Shown piece by piece: positions 58,232-64,000 of a stretch of DNA of 64,000 nt (its first letter is position 1; each line of letters begins with the position of its first letter). Source of the stretch: an uncultured Novosphingobium sp. (GTDB taxonomy: Bacteria; Pseudomonadota; Alphaproteobacteria; Sphingomonadales; Sphingomonadaceae); the NCBI GenBank assembly GCA_964413885.1, contig CAYPTU010000001.1, positions 267,005-331,004 on the forward strand, read 5' to 3'. The notes below the pieces were generated by a model. It searched no databases, was not told the origin of the DNA, and worked only from the letters and a program-made list of their open reading frames with translations. Position numbers and translations under genes: made by a program.

Positions 58232-60516
58232 TCGGACGGTTTGACGAAGCTGTCGATCACGCGCTTCGGGCCAGCGGCTTCGAAGTCGATCTCCAGTTTA
58301 TTGCCTTCCTGGGCGATGACCGTGCCGTAACCGAACTTGTCGTGGAACACCCGCGCGCCCAGCGCGATGTCGCTGCGCGGCTTGGCGGCAAAGCTGGCCG
58401 CGCTACGGGTCGCCTCGGGCAGGCGGCGCGGAGTGGGATCATAGGTCTGCGATGCAGCCCGCTGCCAGCCGGGCCCGCGCGACTGGCCGCTTGATGCGTT
58501 ATCCCGCGCGACATGGGCAAAGGGATCGTCCCGCTCGCGCCACTGCGCCCGCCATAGCGAAGCCCCGCCGGACAGGGTCGATTCCTGCTCGATATGGGCT
58601 TCGGGCAATTCGGAAATGAAGCGGCTGGGGATCGAGCTGGTCCACTGGCCATAGATCCGGCGGTTGGCGGCGTGCAGGATCGTGCAGCGCCGCCGGGCGC
58701 GGGTGATCGCCACATAGGCAAGGCGGCGTTCCTCTTCGAGGCTGGCAAGGCCGCCCTCATCAAGCGAGCGCTGGCTGGGGAAGACGCCTTCCTCCCAGCC
58801 AGGCAGGAACACGTTATCAAATTCCAGCCCCTTGGCGCCGTGCATGGTCATGATGGTGACCTTCTCGGCGTCGTCAGCCGCCTCGTTGTCCATCACCAGG
58901 CTGACATGCTCGAGGAAGTCGCCAAGCGTCTCGTACTCTTCCATCGCCCGCGCCAGTTCGACCAGGTTTTCCAGGCGGCCCGCGCTTTCAGCGGTCTTTT
59001 CGGCCTGCAGGGCGGCGGTGTAGCCGCTTTCATCCAGCAGCGTACGGACCAGCTCGGCGGGCGAGGTGGTCTTGGCGAGGTCGCGCCAGCGGGCAATATC
59101 CCGCATGAAGCTGACCAACGTGTTGCGGGCCCGGGCGGGCAATTCGTCGGTATCGGCGATCTCGACTGCGGCCAGGCTCAGCGGCACGCCGCGCGCGCGG
59201 GCATGGCGGTGGAGCTTCTCCAGCGTCTTGTCGCCCAGGCCGCGCTTGGGGGTATTGTAGATGCGCTCGAACGCAAGGTCATCGCTCGGCTGCGAGATGA
59301 GGCGCAGGTAGGCGAGGGCGTCGCGGATTTCCGCGCGCTCGTAGAATCGGAAGCCGCCGATGATCTTGTAGCCCATGCCGATGGCGATGAAGCGGTCTTC
59401 GAACTCGCGGGTCTGGAACTGGGCGCGCACCAGGATCGCGGCCTGATTGAGGCTGGCCCCTTCGCGCTCCAGCCGCTCGATCTCTTCGCCCACGCGGCGG
59501 GCTTCCTCGGGCGCGTCCCACACGCCGATCACGCGCACCTTGTCGCCGCCGTTACGCTCGGTCCACAGCGTCTTGCCCAGACGCTGGCTGTTGGCATCGA
59601 TCAGGCCCGATGCAGCGGCAAGAATGTCGGGTGTGGAGCGATAGTTCTGCTCCAGCTTGATAATCCGCGCGCCCGGAAAATCCTTTTCAAACGTGAGGAT
59701 ATTGGCGACTTCTGCGCCGCGCCATGAATAGATCGATTGGTCATCATCGCCCACCACGCAGATGTTGTGGCGCGGCTGGGCCAGCAGGCGCAGCCACAGG
59801 TACTGGATCTGGTTGGTATCCTGGTATTCGTCGACCATGATGTATTTGAAGCGCTGGCGGTACTGTTCCAGCACATCGGGGTGGCTGCGTAGCACAGTGA
59901 CCACGTGCAGCAGCAGATCGCCGAAATCGCAGGCGTTCAGTGTCTTCAGGCGGTCCTGATAGAGCCGATAGAACTTCTGCCCCTGGCCGTTGGCATAACT
60001 TTCATTTTCAAGTGCATCCAGATCTTCCGGACGCAAACCCTTGTTCTTCCAGCGATCGATGCATTGTGCCAGCTGGCGCGCGGGCCAGCGCTTGTCGTCC
60101 AGTCCCTCGGCCTGGATCAGCTGCTTCAGGACACGCAGCTGATCGTCGGTATCGATGATCGTATAGTTCGATTGCAAGCCAGCCAGTTCGGCATGGCGGC
60201 GCAGCATCTTGGCGGCGATGGCGTGGAAAGTCCCAAGCCAGGGCATCCCTTCAACCGCTGGACCGACCAGGTGTCCGACCCGCTCCTTCATCTCGCGCGC
60301 GGCCTTGTTGGTGAAGGTGACGCAGAGGATCTCGCTGGGCCAGGCCAGCCGGCCGCGGATGATATGCGCCAGCCGGGCGGTCAGGGCTGCGGTCTTGCCG
60401 GTGCCGGCACCGGCCAGCATCAGCACGGGGCCTTCGGTGGTGATCACAGCCTCGCGCTGCGGCGCGTTGAGGCCATCAAGGAGGGGATCGGAAGCTGAGT
60501 CGGTGGGGAAGGTCAC
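58228..60516 (-). CDS. uvrD: ATP-dependent DNA helicase UvrD/PcrA
   Basis: AGAGTGKT, TFTNKAA, VDEYQD, VGDDDQSIY.WRGA, LEQNYRS, HGAKGLEF and EERRLAYVAITRAR. Confidence 0.93.
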   Translation of the reverse strand: MTFPTDSASDPLLDGLNAPQREAVITTEGPVLMLAGAGTGKTAALTARLAHIIRGRLAWPSEILCVTFTNKAAREMKERVGHLVGPAVEGMPWLGTFHAIAAKMLRRHAELAGLQSNYTIIDTDDQLRVLKQLIQAEGLDDKRWPARQLAQCIDRWKNKGLRPEDLDALENESYANGQGQKFYRLYQDRLKTLNACDFGDLLLHVVTVLRSHPDVLEQYRQRFKYIMVDEYQDTNQIQYLWLRLLAQPRHNICVVGDDDQSIYSWRGAEVANILTFEKDFPGARIIKLEQNYRSTPDILAAASGLIDANSQRLGKTLWTERNGGDKVRVIGVWDAPEEARRVGEEIERLEREGASLNQAAILVRAQFQTREFEDRFIAIGMGYKIIGGFRFYERAEIRDALAYLRLISQPSDDLAFERIYNTPKRGLGDKTLEKLHRHARARGVPLSLAAVEIADTDELPARARNTLVSFMRDIARWRDLAKTTSPAELVRTLLDESGYTAALQAEKTAESAGRLENLVELARAMEEYETLGDFLEHVSLVMDNEAADDAEKVTIMTMHGAKGLEFDNVFLPGWEEGVFPSQRSLDEGGLASLEEERRLAYVAITRARRRCTILHAANRRIYGQWTSSIPSRFISELPEAHIEQESTLSGGASLWRAQWRERDDPFAHVARDNASSGQSRGPGWQRAASQTYDPTPRRLPEATRSAASFAAKPRSDIALGARVFHDKFGYGTVIAQEGNKLEIDFEAAGPKRVIDSFVKPSD

Positions 60517-60519
60517 GCG

Positions 60520-60534
60520 GAACGGCTAGGGAAC
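60520..60534 (-). promoter_or_regulatory. LexA (SOS) box upstream of uvrD
   Basis: GAAC-GGCTAGG-GAAC is GTTC-N7-GTTC on the minus strand, 3 nt before the GTG start. Confidence 0.8.
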
Positions 60535-60602
60535 ATCGCCGCCGGGTGCAAGCGCTTCGCAGCGGTTGACACCGGCCGGTTTGACCCGCAGCACCCCTTT
60601 CC

Positions 60603-61856
60603 ATGCAGCCACTTCGCCAGCACGCCCGCATCCTCACCGCCAGCCTCGTCGGCACTGCGGTGGAGTTCTACGATTTCTACATCTATGCGACTGCCGCGGC
60701 GCTGGTCTTCGGGCCGCTGTTCTTCCCTTCCAGCGATCCGACCACGCAGGTCATGCTCAGCTTCATGAGCTTTGGCATCGCCTTCTTCGCGCGGCCAGTC
60801 GGGGCAATCGCCTTCGGCCATTTCGGTGACCGGATCGGGCGCAAGTCGACGCTGGTCGCCTCGCTGATGCTGATGGGCGGATCGACGCTGCTGATCGCTT
60901 TCCTGCCCACCTATGCGATGGTCGGCTGGGTCGCCCCGGCGCTGCTCTGCCTGCTGCGCTTTGGCCAGGGCTTTGGCCTGGGCGGTGAATGGGGCGGGGC
61001 GGCACTGCTGGCGGTGGAGAATGCCCCTCCCGGTTGGACGGCCCGGTTTGGTGCCGCGCCGCAGCTGGGCGCACCAGTCGGCTTTCTGGCCGCCAACGGC
61101 CTGTTCCTGCTGCTCGGGCTGTGGCTGACAGACGCGGATTTCAATGCCTGGGGCTGGCGTCTGCCGTTTCTGTTCAGCGCGGTGCTGGTAATTATCGGTC
61201 TGTGGGTGCGCCTGAAGATCGGGGAGACGCCGGCCTTCAAGGAAGCGCTGGCCAAGGCGCCGCCGCACAATATGCCGCTTTGGGAACTGCGCCGTCACCT
61301 TGCCCCGCTGCTGGCAGGCAGCGCCGGGGTGATCGCCTGCTTCGCGATCTTCTACCTCGCTACGGCCTATGCGCTGGCGCAAGGAACCACGACCTTCGGC
61401 TATAGCCGCGAGACCTTCCTGGCGGTGCAGCTGGGCGCCAACACCTTCCTCGCGCTGGGGATCGTGCTCGCTGCGGTTTACGCCGATCGTGCCTCGCCGG
61501 CGCGCACCTTGCTGCTGGGTGCCGTGGCGACTGTGGTGCTGGGCTTTGCCTTTGGACCGGGGCTGTCGTCGGGTTCGCTGCCTACCATCTTCGCCACCCT
61601 AGCAGCGGCACTGATGGTGATGGGCTTCGTCTATGGCCCGCTGGGCTCATGGCTCCCCACGCTGTTCCCGGTGGGCGTGCGTTACAGCGGGATCTCGGTG
61701 GCGTTCAATGCTGGCGGGATCGTAGGCGGCGCACTCACGCCGCTGGCGGCGCAGTGGCTGGCCGGGCACGGCATGGGCGCGCAGGCGGGCCTGCTGCTCA
61801 GCCTGGCAGGCATCGTGACCCTTGTGGGCGTCCTCGCGGCTAGGCCGCAAGCCTGA
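60603..61856 (+). CDS. MFS transporter, metabolite:H+ symporter (MHS) family
   Basis: GTAVEFYDF..Y, FFARPVG...FGHFGDRIGRK and LRFGQGFGLGGEWGGA. Confidence 0.92.
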   Translation: MQPLRQHARILTASLVGTAVEFYDFYIYATAAALVFGPLFFPSSDPTTQVMLSFMSFGIAFFARPVGAIAFGHFGDRIGRKSTLVASLMLMGGSTLLIAFLPTYAMVGWVAPALLCLLRFGQGFGLGGEWGGAALLAVENAPPGWTARFGAAPQLGAPVGFLAANGLFLLLGLWLTDADFNAWGWRLPFLFSAVLVIIGLWVRLKIGETPAFKEALAKAPPHNMPLWELRRHLAPLLAGSAGVIACFAIFYLATAYALAQGTTTFGYSRETFLAVQLGANTFLALGIVLAAVYADRASPARTLLLGAVATVVLGFAFGPGLSSGSLPTIFATLAAALMVMGFVYGPLGSWLPTLFPVGVRYSGISVAFNAGGIVGGALTPLAAQWLAGHGMGAQAGLLLSLAGIVTLVGVLAARPQA

Positions 61857-62391
61857 ACAGCGTCAGCCGCGCCTTGCCGACCTTGCGATCGGCAACGGCT
61901 TCCAGTCCCTTGACCTGCGGCACCTCGTCATGCGCGGTTTCCAGGCTGATCCAGGTGGCCGGGCCAATCCAGCCGAGCCGGTTCAGCTTGTCGAGCGCGA
62001 CCTGGCCAGCGCCGGTGCCATAGGGCGGGTCGAGCAGCACGATATCGAGCGGAGCCTTGGCCGGGCCAAGCGCCAACACTGAGCTAGCGCGGACATCGGT
62101 TTGCGGCTGGGCATGAAGATTGGCGATATTGGAGCGCAGCGCCCGCAGCGCAGCGGCGTCCTGCTCCACGAACAGGCATGATGCCGCCCCGCGTGAGAGG
62201 GCTTCGAGGCCCAATGCGCCGGACCCGGCAAACAGGTCGGCCACGGTCAGGCCTTCAAAGTCCCCGATCCGGCTGACCAGCATCGAAAACAGCGTTTCGC
62301 GGGTGCGGTCGGCCGTCGGCCGGGTGGCATCGCCCGTCGGGGCGGCCAGTTTGCGCCCGCGCCATTGCCCGGCAATGATCCGCAGGCTCAT
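61840..62391 (-). CDS. rsmD: 16S rRNA (guanine966-N2) methyltransferase
   Basis: RIIAGQWRGRKL, RPTADRTRETLF, DLFAGSGALGLEALSRGA and DPPY. Confidence 0.95.
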   Translation of the reverse strand: MSLRIIAGQWRGRKLAAPTGDATRPTADRTRETLFSMLVSRIGDFEGLTVADLFAGSGALGLEALSRGAASCLFVEQDAAALRALRSNIANLHAQPQTDVRASSVLALGPAKAPLDIVLLDPPYGTGAGQVALDKLNRLGWIGPATWISLETAHDEVPQVKGLEAVADRKVGKARLTLFRLAA

Positions 62392-63284
62392 TTGCGGCCC
62401 GGTCCCGGCTTGCGCGGTGCAGGCGTGCGGCCCGCCGGCTTTGCGCCGCCAGCAGGCTTGCGCGGTCCATCGCGGCGGATGCGCAGGCGGGCCTGTTCAT
62501 GCGCGGGGCGCGGGGCAGTGGGCTCACCTGGTACCTTCAGGCCCTTCATGAAGCGCTCGACTTCGACCTGGCGGATTTCCACGGCCTGCCCGCGCGGCAG
62601 GTCAAGCAATTCGAACGGACCGTAGGAAATGCGGATCAGGCGGCTGACTTCGAGCCCCAAATGCTCCAGCACGCGGCGGACTTCGCGGTTCTTGCCTTCG
62701 GTGATCGTCACCTCGATCCACTGATTGCGCCCGGTGCTGCGCTCCATATTGGCGTTGATCGGGCCATAGCGAACGCCGTCGATCTCGATCCCCTCGATCA
62801 GCTCTTCCAGCTGTTCCTGTGCAATGTCGCCAAAGGTGCGGGCGCGGTAGGTGCGGGGCAGGCCCGTGGCGGGCAGCTCCATCGTCCGCTTCAGTCCGCC
62901 ATCGTTGGTCAGCAGCAGCAGTCCCTCGGTGTTGAAGTCGAGCCGCCCGATCGGCATCACGCGCCCGGCATTCGCCGGCAGGGCGTTGCGCAGGGCGGTG
63001 TAGATCGTCGGGCGGCCGGCCGGATCACGCTCTGCCGTCAGCAGCCCGGCGGGCTTGTGGAACAGGAACAGGCGGGCCGGATCGGGGGCTTTCACGGCCT
63101 TGCCGTCAACGCTCACACCCTTCAGGCTGGTCAGCACGGTATTGGGGGTGGTGACCACTTCGTCACCGATCTTCACCCGGCCTTCTTCGATCATCCGCTC
63201 CACTTCGCGGCGGCTGGCAATGCCGGCGCGGGCCAGGAGCTTGGCGATGCGATCACCGCTGCGGGGGTTTTCAGATGCAGTCAT
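62388..63284 (-). CDS. rluB: rRNA pseudouridine synthase (RluB/RsuA family)
   Basis: S4 domain RIAKLLARAGIASRRE, HKPAG, IGRLDFNTEGLLLLTNDG and EGKNREVRR. Confidence 0.9.
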   Translation of the reverse strand: MTASENPRSGDRIAKLLARAGIASRREVERMIEEGRVKIGDEVVTTPNTVLTSLKGVSVDGKAVKAPDPARLFLFHKPAGLLTAERDPAGRPTIYTALRNALPANAGRVMPIGRLDFNTEGLLLLTNDGGLKRTMELPATGLPRTYRARTFGDIAQEQLEELIEGIEIDGVRYGPINANMERSTGRNQWIEVTITEGKNREVRRVLEHLGLEVSRLIRISYGPFELLDLPRGQAVEIRQVEVERFMKGLKVPGEPTAPRPAHEQARLRIRRDGPRKPAGGAKPAGRTPAPRKPGPGRK

Positions 63285-63315
63285 GGCGCGGCCTTAGCGG
63301 CAGAACGCGCGCGCG

Positions 63316-64000
63316 TCACCCTTCGGCAAGCGCCATCTGTTCTGCGCAGATCTCGTGCAGCCGACGGATGCCGCCTTCCAGCGTGCCGAGCGTCAGCTGC
63401 GGCACCGCGCCGGTGGAAAGACCCTGCTGCCCCAGCGCGGCCGCGCGGAAGTCCTCGCCGCCGAAAACGCCGCCGTCGAGCAGCTTCCAGCTCCGTTCCC
63501 AATGGTCGCGCGCCTTGTCGGTCTGCGGTGCTTCGGGGATCAGCATGAAGTCCTCGACCAGCGTGCGATCATGCCCCTGCGGCCAAAGCGCCATGACGTT
63601 GATGTAATCCGGGCTGATCACCAGCACCGTGGCCGGGAACAGCTGGTAGGCAAAGGTGCCAATCCGGCGCAGCGCGGCCATGTCGGTCAGGTTGATCCCG
63701 TCGAGCTCAGCCGCGCGGGCCACCAGGCTGCGTTGGTGTGGGCCGATCTGGTCCCCGCTGGTCACGCCATCCTTGAAGAACGGGCCAATCGTGGCGGCGT
63801 GGAGCCGGGCGACGTGGTAGCTTTCGAGGAAGGCATCCATGATGAGCTTCCAGTTCGAAGCGACATCATGGGTCTTGTGGGCGAACAGGTGCAAATCGCG
63901 CATGGCGAAGGCATCGAAATCCGCGCCGAGGGTGATTGGGTCCGAAAAGTCGGCTTCGCCCAGCGGTGCATACCAGATCAGTCCGCCGGCCTCGCAGCTG
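63316..64000 (-). CDS. Rieske aromatic ring-hydroxylating oxygenase alpha subunit (5' part outside the window)
   Basis: EAGGLIW (end of the Rieske domain), [19 protein letters not shown] (Fe ligands), YQLFP and EDF. Confidence 0.88.
   Translation of the reverse strand, partial: SCEAGGLIWYAPLGEADFSDPITLGADFDAFAMRDLHLFAHKTHDVASNWKLIMDAFLESYHVARLHAATIGPFFKDGVTSGDQIGPHQRSLVARAAELDGINLTDMAALRRIGTFAYQLFPATVLVISPDYINVMALWPQGHDRTLVEDFMLIPEAPQTDKARDHWERSWKLLDGGVFGGEDFRAAALGQQGLSTGAVPQLTLGTLEGGIRRLHEICAEQMALAEG

Overview
High-GC alphaproteobacterial chromosome segment. Gene content, protein styles and synteny (slt-dapA-smpB, cckA-recA-alaS, tRNA-Val-cpdR) point to Sphingomonadales (Novosphingobium/Erythrobacter-like; inferred, not searched). 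About 90% is housekeeping: purF, folE, lolCE/lolD, dnaE, moaB, ETF-QO, ispE, ilvD, nnr, argG, rlmN, greB, dapA, smpB, cckA, recA, alaS, icd, cpdR, a DEAD-box helicase, uvrD, rsmD and rluB. The best candidate for something undescribed is a ~620-nt gap between a YciI gene and argG (23871-24495). On the minus strand it reads as a stand-alone, highly structured RNA with many UUCG-type tetraloop hairpins, about 19 GGAA motifs, internal repeated modules and an intrinsic terminator. Its putative promoter has a GANTC site in the spacer and two inverted DnaA boxes upstream. I cannot assign it to any RNA family I know. Other items: (i) a low-GC remnant of a tRNA-Val-linked integrative element, with an intact tyrosine recombinase and three juxtaposed gene fragments; (ii) an alanine-zipper (Lpp/OprI-like) lipoprotein with a His-rich tail ending in Lys, bracketed by hairpins with identical stems; (iii) a 57-aa ORF missing from the ORF track, behind an exact EcfG-type promoter; (iv) a CCUCCUCCC-type sRNA; (v) a composite palindromic intergenic element; (vi) LexA boxes at recA, uvrD and a PA0069-family radical SAM gene. 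All calls come from reading the sequence by eye; no database searches or folding programs were run.
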